Of a DNA stretch of 38,122 bases, positions 1 to 7,545 are shown in pieces. Where the stretch lies: the IMG/VR virus record IMGVR_UViG_2698536574_000031; one strand, 5' to 3'. Below the pieces are notes generated by a model that was given only the letters and a program-made list of their open reading frames with translations, was not told where the DNA came from and did not search any database. The translations under genes were made by a program, and so were the position numbers. How positions within the stretch are numbered: position 1 is the first letter of the stretch; every line of letters begins with the position of its first letter. The DNA is from a virus. Lineage: Duplodnaviria; Heunggongvirae; Uroviricota; Caudoviricetes.

Positions 1-1053
1 TTAAACTTCGTTTAACGCTTCCTGTATTCTTCGACCAATCCATTTCATGACCGGTACAGGCATTGAATTTCCAATGGCCTTATAACGATGAGCTGGAGAT
101 GAATTTTTCCATGGAATATCTGTATATCCATCGGGAAAACCTTGTAGCCTCTCGCATTCGGTTGGCGTCAACCTACGAACCCTTGAATATGGTGCTCTTT
201 CAACTATGAGCCCACCAGACATAGTCATGTCCTGGTTAGTTGTTCCGTTATAGCCAGCTATTACTGTGCCTGTTCGTTTTGGCAATGCTTCAAGGCAATA
301 TCGGTGCAATTTTCCTTCAATGCCTTGATCAAGAAGGGATTCGGATTTTTTCTTCTTTCCATAATAGTTTTTATCGCCCTGCGACACAGGCGGGAACTCA
401 AATAATACCTTTCCGGGATCGAGCCTTTTTCCAGCACTTGCCACAACAAACACTCTTCTGCGAGCCTGGGCGACTCCGAAATATTGGGCATCAAGTACTC
501 GCCAGGCGACGATACGCGATGGTCCAGACACAACACCAGCGTTTGCCCATCTTTTCCTTGCTGGCTGTAATGCGCAACCTGCTCCGGCCAGCGCACCAAG
601 AAAATGACCGAATGCATTGTCATGGCTACTTAAAACTCCTGTGACGTTTTCCCATACGATTATTGAGGGGGATTTATTGAGCGATGCCCGAACGGTATCT
701 ATCTGATTCGCCAGTTCAACAAAAGACAGTGTTAACTGCCCCCGTGGATCTGAAAGGCCTTTTCGTTTGCCTGACATACTGAATGCCTGACACGGAGTTC
801 CACCTACAAGAATATCTGGTGCTTCAATAAGCCCATCCCTGATACGAGGCGCAAGCAAAGCCATATCACCAAGATTTGGTATATGGGGCCAGCGATATGA
901 AAGAAGTGTTGACGGGAAGTCCTCTATTTCACTGAACCATCTGGCTTTCCAGCCAAGATTGCTCCAGGCTACTGTCGCAGCTTCAATACCACTGCATACT
1001 GAACCATAGGTTAGTGACTTATCAGACTGAAAGTAATGTTTCTTGTTCCCCAC
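1..1053 (-). CDS. DNA (cytosine-5)-methyltransferase, Dcm-like; complete, GTG start lying inside the 3' end of the upstream com-like ORF
   Basis: Translation carries C5-MTase motifs in canonical order: SVCSGIEA (motif I), GGTPCQAFSMSG (motif IV, PCQ), ENV (motif VI), QARRRVFVV (motif VIII), AIGNSMPVPV (motif X). Stop codon is at window positions 1..3. Confidence 0.85.
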   Translation of the reverse strand: MGNKKHYFQSDKSLTYGSVCSGIEAATVAWSNLGWKARWFSEIEDFPSTLLSYRWPHIPNLGDMALLAPRIRDGLIEAPDILVGGTPCQAFSMSGKRKGLSDPRGQLTLSFVELANQIDTVRASLNKSPSIIVWENVTGVLSSHDNAFGHFLGALAGAGCALQPARKRWANAGVVSGPSRIVAWRVLDAQYFGVAQARRRVFVVASAGKRLDPGKVLFEFPPVSQGDKNYYGKKKKSESLLDQGIEGKLHRYCLEALPKRTGTVIAGYNGTTNQDMTMSGGLIVERAPYSRVRRLTPTECERLQGFPDGYTDIPWKNSSPAHRYKAIGNSMPVPVMKWIGRRIQEALNEV

Positions 1054-1207
1054 GGCAGGATTTCCTTGTGTATGTGGGGTGCTCTGTGGCGCTCTGAGAT
1101 GTGATTTGATTGAGGGTTTTACAGCGCGGACATTTTACTTCCAGATAACTGAAACTGGCCCGTGCCAGTAGCTTATTGCAGTGTCGGCACCGTATGTTTC
1201 GATACAT
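1022..1207 (-). CDS. com: Com-like zinc-finger protein (putative translational activator of the downstream methyltransferase)
   Basis: 61-aa product MYRNIRCRHCNKLLARASFSYLEVKCPRCKTLNQ... has the CxxC...CPRC arrangement and size of phage Mu Com. Start taken at the internal ATG (1205..1207) preceded by GGAGG; ORF track extends to 1252. Its 3' end overlaps the MTase start by about 10 codons. Confidence 0.6.
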   Translation of the reverse strand: MYRNIRCRHCNKLLARASFSYLEVKCPRCKTLNQITSQSATEHPTYTRKSCRGEQETLLSV

Positions 1208-1407
1208 GGCCGCATAACCTCCTGCTTTGTTGTTGATGCCTTTCTCATGCAATCGATCGACAAAAACGATCGATTCGATTTGTTTAATTGATACAACAAA
1301 TAGATTTAAAAGTCATCAACAATGATTCAGGACGGTGATTATTTACTTAAAGAAAACGAAGAGTTAGGTGGTGAAAACGATCATAAAATGATCATTTTAT
1401 TGACTTT

Positions 1408-1578
1408 TTATCCAGTGAATCTTGGGGTACACAGGATCTGCATCGCTATCCACATTGCAGTGGTGAAGTTTCGATCCTGTAATGTATTTTCATCAAGTCC
1501 TGAACGTAGCGCATTGATAATTTCTGCGCTTAATATTTCCAGACCTTTGGTATCGGGCTGTTTTTTGTTCTTGTCCAT
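1408..1578 (-). CDS. small hypothetical protein (56 aa, below ORF-track cutoff)
   Basis: Hand-translated: MDKNKKQPDTKGLEILSAEIINALRSGLDENTLQDRNFTTAMWIAMQILCTPRFTG*. ATG preceded by GAGGAAATAATC; sits just downstream of a hairpin terminator. Confidence 0.3.
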   Translation of the reverse strand: MDKNKKQPDTKGLEILSAEIINALRSGLDENTLQDRNFTTAMWIAMQILCTPRFTG

Positions 1579-1611
1579 GATTATTTCCTCTGACTGGTAT
1601 ATACATCGCCC

Positions 1612-1646
1612 ATGAAAATCAAACCGACAGGAGAAGCTGTCGGTTT
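1612..1646 (-). terminator. rho-independent terminator-like hairpin after ORF 1653..1898
   Basis: 10-bp perfect stem AAACCGACAG / CTGTCGGTTT (1621..1646) with 6-nt loop, followed on the minus strand by GATTTTCAT. Confidence 0.45.
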
Positions 1647-1652
1647 GTATTG

Positions 1653-1898
1653 TTACATCATGGCACTGTCAGTTCCGGGCTGAACCGGCTCTGGTTGCTC
1701 TACTGGTTGAGGCTCATTTTCCGTGCTGTTTTCAGCCGGAGAACGACCAACCATTCGGGCCAGCACTTCATCAACATATGCGTCGATTTGTGCCTCAAAA
1801 TCCTTGCGAACCTGCGCCTTCAGCACGCGGTTCACTTCTTCAGAATAAAGTGCCTGTTTGACAAGCTCTTCAGTAACCGTGCCTTTAATCTCTGGCAT
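1653..1898 (-). CDS. hypothetical protein (81 aa, charged/helical)
   Basis: ORF with strong RBS (AAAGGAGAATATT before ATG); the antisense + ORF 1650..2027 has a TTG start, no RBS and a low-complexity product. Confidence 0.5.
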   Translation of the reverse strand: MPEIKGTVTEELVKQALYSEEVNRVLKAQVRKDFEAQIDAYVDEVLARMVGRSPAENSTENEPQPVEQPEPVQPGTDSAMM

Positions 1899-1933
1899 GA
1901 ATATTCTCCTTTTGCAGGTATATTGCCCCGTTA

Positions 1934-2116
1934 TCAGAGCGGGGTCGGGTCGTTTGGGGATGACGGTGCCTGTGCTGTTTTACTGAGTTTTTCAGCTGCC
2001 GCATCATCAATTTTACGGCGAATATAATTTCTGATGACCTTATAACCGCCGCTCACCAGATATAACGCACTGACCACAGCGCAGAAATAAAGCAGCATTG
2101 TATGAACGAATGTCAT
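1934..2116 (-). CDS. small membrane protein (60 aa, one N-terminal TM helix)
   Basis: Hydrophobic N-terminus MLLYFCAVVSALYLVSGG followed by a basic stretch; RBS-like AAAGGTAAGG upstream. Confidence 0.4.
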   Translation of the reverse strand: MTFVHTMLLYFCAVVSALYLVSGGYKVIRNYIRRKIDDAAAEKLSKTAQAPSSPNDPTPL

Positions 2117-2228
2117 ATAACCTTACCTTTGATATTGACTACATAATTCGTTATCGGGTAAAAACATCGAAGCGACTGATAACCACTCCTTCGGGAGTAT
2201 TTTTATTTTCCTTTATGGGTTAGGTAGC

Positions 2229-2264
2229 TCCCGCCAGCCATATCATGACCGGCGGGATTTTTTT
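2229..2264 (+). terminator. hairpin plus T7 tract oriented for the + strand, abutting the esterase stop codon
   Basis: Stem TCCCGCC / GGCGGGA with 15-nt loop followed by TTTTTTT on the + strand; an A-tract precedes it on the minus strand, so it may work bidirectionally. Confidence 0.35.
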
Positions 2265-4302
2265 ATTCTGTTACCGCTTTTTTCACTTCCACCACAATGC
2301 TGTCAATCAGCACCGGGTAAGTTGCATTTTTGGTGATATCCGTTACGCGGAGTTTGTCCACCGGGAAAGTTCCTACTGGTGACTGCGTCAGGGTAAACGC
2401 GGCACCATCCTGACCATCAATAACCGGAATAACCTGAAGGCTGTTATTTCCTGCAAAACGGAAGGCCAGCGTATGCCATTCATTATCAAATGCACCAAAG
2501 GTTCCCAGTTTCTGGTTATTTGTTGCCACTTTTGCATTGTGGTACATCACATTCAGGTCTTTTGCGTCTGTCTGGATGTAGAACGATGCCAGCAGATTAT
2601 TCCCTGCATCCCCTGTCAGGGTGACACCCTGCGGCAGAGAGGAAACCGGCCAGTAAAGCGCCATGACATACTGGTTTGCCACCAGGTCGCCAGGTACTTT
2701 AAAACGACAACTGATTAAACCACCATTTTTCAGCAGTTCAGCACCAGTACCGGCATCATGATCCAGATACCAGGATGATTTACCTGTTTCCTTGGTCAGT
2801 TTCATTGCCTTACCACCTGTGCCTCCTGCATCACTGATAATTTCAGCTTTACCGCCAGCCGGCTCCCAGCCCTGGGCTTTCAGATTTCCTTCTGACTCAC
2901 TGACACGGTAAGACAGCAGTGTTGTGGTTACTGCTTCAGTTTCTGAAGGTGATGGCACTGGTGCTTCAGTTTCAGAAGATGGAACATCGGCTTTTACTGT
3001 GGTTCGCCCTGCATGAGTCAGAACAGCCGTGGCCAGACGGTCAGAAATAATACCCCGGCGCGCCCAGGCACTGAAATGGCTGGCCCGGTCCGCAGATGTC
3101 CAGGTAGCGGCACTGTTACGCCACGTTGAGCCGTAATAACCAATGGATTCAATATCCGGGTCTTCTGCCGGATTGTTGGTGGGTACATTCACGCCATTTT
3201 CATCTGTCATTAATGGAACGAAATGAATGTTTTTATCTGTTTTGTTTTTGTAGCCGCCATAGATTGCCTGGTATGCTGGTTCATTTTTCTGTTTCCAGAA
3301 ATACGTGGTATCGCCACAAATCCACGGAACGCCAGCAGCACTGCCACCGGTACACTGTTCCGCCTGTTCAGCCAGGTCTGCGCGGAATTTTTCCACCATC
3401 GCCAGAAACAGCGCAGAATGCTCCGTCGGCTTCGCATCAATATCAAACTCGCCCTGCATCCACACCACAGCAAGCAGGCGGTTTTTCGGGTTCTTCGCCA
3501 GTGCCGCTTTTGTCCGGCTGATTAAGTCCTTATACAGCGGCTTATCCACACCCCAGCGGGCTGAGTCCTCTGAAGCACCCGTGCTGTCACTGTACGTGCC
3601 GTCAGCACCCACCGTGAATGCAGAACCACCACGGCAGCAGGGAACCAGCAGAATCCCCGCATCTGCCGGAATAAACGGCAGCAGTTTTTTGGCAATGTGA
3701 AGCCCCTGACCCACGGTGCCATATTGCCCTTTAGCCACATCCGCTTTCGGGTGATTTTTTCCACTCATATCCTGCACATCATGCAGACAGTGGTCGGCCA
3801 GAATGATGTCGTTATACTGACAGGCTTTACCTCCCGGCGTGACTGTACTGCGACGGGCTAACTGCATAATACGCGGTTCGGGGCGGTCATATGTCTCCGG
3901 CAGTGGCAGACCTTCACCGTAAGCCATACCGTTTGACTGACCAGCAAGAACCACCACGTAATACCAGGAAGGGGAGCCGGAAGCAGTTTCATTTCCTGAC
4001 GGACGGGTATGTGTTTCAGCATTATCCCAGTCTGACGGTTCAGCAGTACCGGCAACATCAGCACTTAACGGAATGACCGCACCAATACCCGCTCCGGTAA
4101 TTTCCACACTCGGATCACCGGATACTGGCCTTACCCACAGGCAATCCCGGGTATTAAAACTGATGAGACAGTCAGCAAATGTCATTCCTCCTTTTGTTTC
4201 GGCCGGAGGAAAGGGAGCCTCAAGAAATGCCGCTGTACCACCGGAAACTTTAACAGTAAAGTTTCCGGGCATTGATGATAGTTGAACCCATTTGGACGTC
4301 AT
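2263..4302 (-). CDS. SGNH-hydrolase esterase, sialate O-acetylesterase (NanS/SASA)-like, with N-terminal extension and C-terminal lectin-like domain (679 aa)
   Basis: VVLAGQSNGMAYGEG matches the GQSN block of SASA/DUF303 carbohydrate esterases; about 100-aa N-terminal region and about 200-aa C-terminal Gly/Thr-rich beta-type region; co-directional with the late genes. Confidence 0.65.
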   Translation of the reverse strand: MTSKWVQLSSMPGNFTVKVSGGTAAFLEAPFPPAETKGGMTFADCLISFNTRDCLWVRPVSGDPSVEITGAGIGAVIPLSADVAGTAEPSDWDNAETHTRPSGNETASGSPSWYYVVVLAGQSNGMAYGEGLPLPETYDRPEPRIMQLARRSTVTPGGKACQYNDIILADHCLHDVQDMSGKNHPKADVAKGQYGTVGQGLHIAKKLLPFIPADAGILLVPCCRGGSAFTVGADGTYSDSTGASEDSARWGVDKPLYKDLISRTKAALAKNPKNRLLAVVWMQGEFDIDAKPTEHSALFLAMVEKFRADLAEQAEQCTGGSAAGVPWICGDTTYFWKQKNEPAYQAIYGGYKNKTDKNIHFVPLMTDENGVNVPTNNPAEDPDIESIGYYGSTWRNSAATWTSADRASHFSAWARRGIISDRLATAVLTHAGRTTVKADVPSSETEAPVPSPSETEAVTTTLLSYRVSESEGNLKAQGWEPAGGKAEIISDAGGTGGKAMKLTKETGKSSWYLDHDAGTGAELLKNGGLISCRFKVPGDLVANQYVMALYWPVSSLPQGVTLTGDAGNNLLASFYIQTDAKDLNVMYHNAKVATNNQKLGTFGAFDNEWHTLAFRFAGNNSLQVIPVIDGQDGAAFTLTQSPVGTFPVDKLRVTDITKNATYPVLIDSIVVEVKKAVTE

Positions 4303-4401
4303 AATAATCAGCCTGTTCCTGAATAAACTGAATTATCATATCCACAGACCGATAAACGCCATTTTGCGTTAATTCAGTAAAGGCCCAACAAAGAGAGCGT
4401 C

Positions 4402-4962
4402 TTATTTTTCCGAAACGCTCGCAGGATAATAACGATAAAGGGTTGAAAGACCGATATCAAAAATAAGTGCCACCTGTCTTCGACTGACACCCCCGGCCAG
4501 TAAACGCCCGACCTGCTCGTATTGTTCCTGCGTGAGACGGCGGGGTCTGCCGCCGGTTCGTCCCCTTTCACGGGCAGCTGCAAGACCAGCCCGTGTCCGT
4601 TCGACAATTAATTCACGCTCCATTTCTGCCAGCGCACCCATTATGTGAAAAAAGAAGCGCCCCATGGGGGTTGACGTATCAATGTTGTCAGTAAGACTAC
4701 GAAAATTTATCCCCTGTTGCTGTAATTCATCTGTCAGCGCAACAAGGTGGCGCATACTGCGCCCCAGCCTGTCCAGTTTCCAGACCATCAGCGTGTCACC
4801 GGGTTTTAGTTTCTTCAGTGCCCGCTTCAGTCCCGGCCGCTGTGTCGTTTTACCACTCATTTTGTCTTCAAAAATCTGCTCACATCCTGCACATTCCAGC
4901 GCATTTCTTTGTAAACCGGTGTTCTGGTCATTTGTTGATACGCGTATATAGCCAATCAGCAT
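4402..4962 (-). CDS. gin: Gin/Hin/Cin/Pin-family serine DNA invertase
   Basis: MLIGYIRVSTNDQNTGLQ... has the catalytic Ser at position 9-10 and a C-terminal HTH (GLSTLYRY), 186 aa; lies immediately outside a gix-like site. Confidence 0.9.
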   Translation of the reverse strand: MLIGYIRVSTNDQNTGLQRNALECAGCEQIFEDKMSGKTTQRPGLKRALKKLKPGDTLMVWKLDRLGRSMRHLVALTDELQQQGINFRSLTDNIDTSTPMGRFFFHIMGALAEMERELIVERTRAGLAAARERGRTGGRPRRLTQEQYEQVGRLLAGGVSRRQVALIFDIGLSTLYRYYPASVSEK

Positions 4963-5016
4963 GTATTTACCTTCCTTAAAAAGAGGTGGAAAAGCCTTTT
5001 AAAGCAGATATACGGC

Positions 5017-5042
5017 ATCCCTGAAACCTCGGTTTACGGGAT
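5017..5042. repeat. gix-like 26-bp invertase crossover site (gin-proximal)
   Basis: ATCCCTGAAACC TC GGTTTACGGGAT; its reverse complement shares a 17-bp core TCCCGTAAACCGAGGTT and central GA dinucleotide with the site at 6443..6468. Confidence 0.7.
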
Positions 5043-5396
5043 ACGGTAAACAGGGCCGCGAATGCCCTGCCATCAAACGGTACTGCTGTTGCAGCAAGCA
5101 GGCTGGCAAATGCCCGCAGAATCAATGGTGTCGCCTTTGACGGCACGCAGGATATAGACATTACGTCAGGAATGCCGGAATCAACGGCCAATCAGCGTTA
5201 TGTTACAGGGGTAAGACTGGGAGCGCAGGCATTAAGCGGCGGACTGGAATATAATTACTCCCTGTCATCAGGAAATGTGATTACCGGTTTTAAGACTGAC
5301 GGAGACTGGGAAATGCGTGGTGGTGATGACCGTGTTTATTACAGACAGATACAATATTGTATTAATGGGCATTGGGTATCCGCTGCAAGTATTTAA
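5025..5396 (+). CDS. alternative tail-fibre C-terminal cassette (S'v-like; no own start, would fuse to the constant S N-terminus after inversion)
   Basis: Open frame from the gix site: NLGLRDTVNRAANALPSNGTAVAASRLANARRINGVAFDGTQDIDITSGMPESTANQRYVTGVRLGAQ...YYRQIQYCINGHWVSAASI, homologous to the C-terminal 126 aa of the expressed fibre. Confidence 0.6.
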   Translation, partial: NLGLRDTVNRAANALPSNGTAVAASRLANARRINGVAFDGTQDIDITSGMPESTANQRYVTGVRLGAQALSGGLEYNYSLSSGNVITGFKTDGDWEMRGGDDRVYYRQIQYCINGHWVSAASI

Positions 5397-6456
5397 TTAA
5401 CGGGGGCATAGCACACAGCAGCCAGCATCTGAAATATGCGTTATTTCAGACAAGCATTGCCTGTATATGGCGATAGTATTATTCCTGTTTTTATCATTGA
5501 TTTACATGGTGATGTTTATGCAACTGATTAATGTCAAACGATATTACCCGAAAGACAAACCCTATGGTGAGGATGTTCAGTATTTCCAGAGTGAGGACGG
5601 AAGGGATTTTTATGAATCTATCCCGCTTTTTACAAAGAAATACAAACTCTGTATTTCGCCTGTAACGGGTATTATCTGCTCTGTTGCTGAAGATGTCTCT
5701 GCTTTATATCCGGCAGGTTTTACTGTTGTTGAAGTGGACGAACTGCCGGAAGGTGTGAATATTGACGGTAACTGGCAGTTTTCTGATGGCCTGATATCAA
5801 AGGTGCCGGTAAACTGGAAGACGGTTGCTGAAAAGCGTCGCTCATCGCTGCTCCAGGAAGCCAACGAAACCGTGGATGACTGGAAAACAGAATTAAAACT
5901 GGACATGATTAGCGATGAAAATAAATTACAGCTGACGCGCTGGATGGCGTATATCCGACAGCTTAAAGAAATGCACTTTAATGATATTGCCAGTGAGGGG
6001 CATTACCAGGCGATTCCCTGGCCGGAAAAACCGGAATAATTCAGAGGGTGCATTCAGCACCCTTTTCTGTGGTTTACACTGAACTTACCGTTCTCCAGGC
6101 ATTATTAATATAAATCTGAACCGGGCGATAATAGACCCCACCGATATTGTCCGCAGACCGGGAGCCGGTTTCCTGCACGTTAATACCGGAAAGCATACAA
6201 CCGGAAGGTGCGCTGTAATTCCATGACATTTCATTGCCTCCGGGTGAATGATAGCTCTGTGCTCCAAGCTGAACATTCTGTACATACCGGCCATCTGCGG
6301 TTGACTGCGTCATTCCTGACGTGATGTTGATATCCAGCGTTCCGTCAAAAGGAACACCATTAATATTTCTTGGGGTGGCGAGTCTGTTTGCTGCCACGGC
6401 GGTTCCAGCCGATGGCAGGGCATCAGCAGCCTTATTTACCGTTTCCCGTAAACCGA
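5029..6456. other. Gin-invertible tail-fibre segment (G-segment analogue, about 1.43 kb)
   Basis: Bounded by the two inverted gix-like sites; carries two opposed tail-fibre C-terminal cassettes and one tail-fibre assembly gene; the crossover dinucleotide lies in the same codon phase (CTC, Leu) in both cassettes. Confidence 0.65.
5467..6039 (+). CDS. tail-fibre assembly chaperone (Tfa/U-like)
   Basis: 190-aa ORF inside the invertible segment, downstream of and co-directional with the silent cassette; C-terminus ...QAIPWPEKPE is typical of Tfa proteins. True start uncertain (ATGs at 5467, 5506, 5512, 5518; none with a clear SD). Confidence 0.6.
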   Translation: MAIVLFLFLSLIYMVMFMQLINVKRYYPKDKPYGEDVQYFQSEDGRDFYESIPLFTKKYKLCISPVTGIICSVAEDVSALYPAGFTVVEVDELPEGVNIDGNWQFSDGLISKVPVNWKTVAEKRRSSLLQEANETVDDWKTELKLDMISDENKLQLTRWMAYIRQLKEMHFNDIASEGHYQAIPWPEKPE

Positions 6457-6985
6457 GGTTATCGATAAAGGTTCCTTTGTCCTGGATATCCGCGCCATTC
6501 TGGTCCCTGCGCAGGTAACGGTTATCACCTTCGCTCCTGCTGTAAACATCCAGATTATTACGGGCGGTTTCCGCATTCTCCAGGTCGGCAAGGTTCTGAT
6601 CCTTCGCCAGGGCATTAACGTCAGCGGGACCAAGACTGTTTTTTGTGGCAAGCGTCCCCAGACCAAGATAACCACGGGCCAGACGCTGGGCTTCCGCACC
6701 GGCATCAGCAATTTCTTTCAGGTTGTTTTTCCGGGAAAAGGCATTCGCAGCGATAATGGCTTTAATGGACAGCGTAAGCTGGTTTAACTGCGCCTTATCC
6801 GGCTGAATACTGGCTTCAGCCAGAATATTCAGCAGTTCGGCCTGGAGAATATTCAGCCAGTCCTGACCAATCCAGCTGATACCTTTTTGTCCGTCACCTT
6901 CGGTAAACCAGGTGGTGGTATTACTCTGCGCCGGAGCCAGTTCAGGCATATTCGCCACGCCGGAATTATTATCAACATGGAACAT
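6074..6985 (-). CDS. tail fibre protein S (constant N-terminal part plus currently expressed variable C-terminal cassette)
   Basis: Start MFHVDNNSG... at an ATG overlapping the upstream stop (TAATG) with AGGAG upstream; the gix-like site lies at codon 177. Confidence 0.8.
   Translation of the reverse strand: MFHVDNNSGVANMPELAPAQSNTTTWFTEGDGQKGISWIGQDWLNILQAELLNILAEASIQPDKAQLNQLTLSIKAIIAANAFSRKNNLKEIADAGAEAQRLARGYLGLGTLATKNSLGPADVNALAKDQNLADLENAETARNNLDVYSRSEGDNRYLRRDQNGADIQDKGTFIDNLGLRETVNKAADALPSAGTAVAANRLATPRNINGVPFDGTLDINITSGMTQSTADGRYVQNVQLGAQSYHSPGGNEMSWNYSAPSGCMLSGINVQETGSRSADNIGGVYYRPVQIYINNAWRTVSSV
6443..6468. repeat. gix-like 26-bp invertase crossover site (inside the tail-fibre gene)
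   Basis: TTCCCGTAAACC GA GGTTATCGATAA, inverted relative to 5017..5042 and close to the Mu gix / Salmonella hix type. Confidence 0.7.
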
Positions 6986-7545
6986 TAAATATTCTCCTCT
7001 TTGTGACTGTTTGCATACACGTAAATAAACGTCTGCCATGCAGGCTTATAACGGTTCAGAATACATTCCAGCGCACCACCCTCATAAATACGCAGCGGGG
7101 TGAGAATATCATCCAGCACATTCATATTCCGGTAGCCGGTTTCACTGTTTATCGTGACAATACTGACCCACTGTGAATCCGGTGATGGCTGAATATCTAT
7201 TTCATAACCAAACTCTGCCGCAAACCGGATATAAAATTCACGGTTAAGAGAGGGTTTCATCCGGTATTTATTCCCTGCATAACGCTGACGTTCCTGAATG
7301 GTTGCGCCGGTCATATCACATTCCGGTAACCCCAGATAACGCTCCCAGTCTTCCAGCAGCAGACGGGATGAATCAGGAAAACGTTCTGCCAGCATCTGGT
7401 TACCGGTCCAGGAAACACGCTCCGTGGAATGACTGAGGCCCAGGCACAAAGCCGCAAGAACGGATGACGGCCGCTTATCCCATGCCAGCCCGTCAGGCAG
7501 CAACTGCAACAGGGCGCGCTGATGCGGGGTCAGGGTTACAGCCAT
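6985..7545 (-). CDS. tail/baseplate protein (Mu gp48/R-like)
   Basis: 186 aa; position and size match Mu R; translationally coupled to S. Confidence 0.55.
   Translation of the reverse strand: MAVTLTPHQRALLQLLPDGLAWDKRPSSVLAALCLGLSHSTERVSWTGNQMLAERFPDSSRLLLEDWERYLGLPECDMTGATIQERQRYAGNKYRMKPSLNREFYIRFAAEFGYEIDIQPSPDSQWVSIVTINSETGYRNMNVLDDILTPLRIYEGGALECILNRYKPAWQTFIYVYANSHKEENI

Noticed and set aside
1322-1615. + strand 97-aa ORF in the com upstream region
   Set aside because: Low-complexity product, no RBS, and it overlaps the better-supported minus-strand small ORF and regulatory palindromes.
1650-2027. + strand 125-aa ORF
   Set aside because: TTG start with no SD, implausible composition, antisense to two minus-strand ORFs that have strong RBSs.
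1-2260. Search for the Mu-type right end (terminal ...CA with transposase-binding repeats)
   Set aside because: Nothing convincing found; the window starts at the methyltransferase stop codon, so the terminus most likely lies just outside.
4374-4607. 77-aa minus-strand ORF overlapping the 3' end of gin
   Set aside because: Alternative frame within and just past gin; no support as an independent gene.
4976-5191. Minus-strand ORF between gin and the invertible segment, and its mirror + ORF 6321..6518
   Set aside because: Both are antisense translations of the two homologous tail-fibre cassettes and the gix region; their similarity to each other reflects the inverted repeat.
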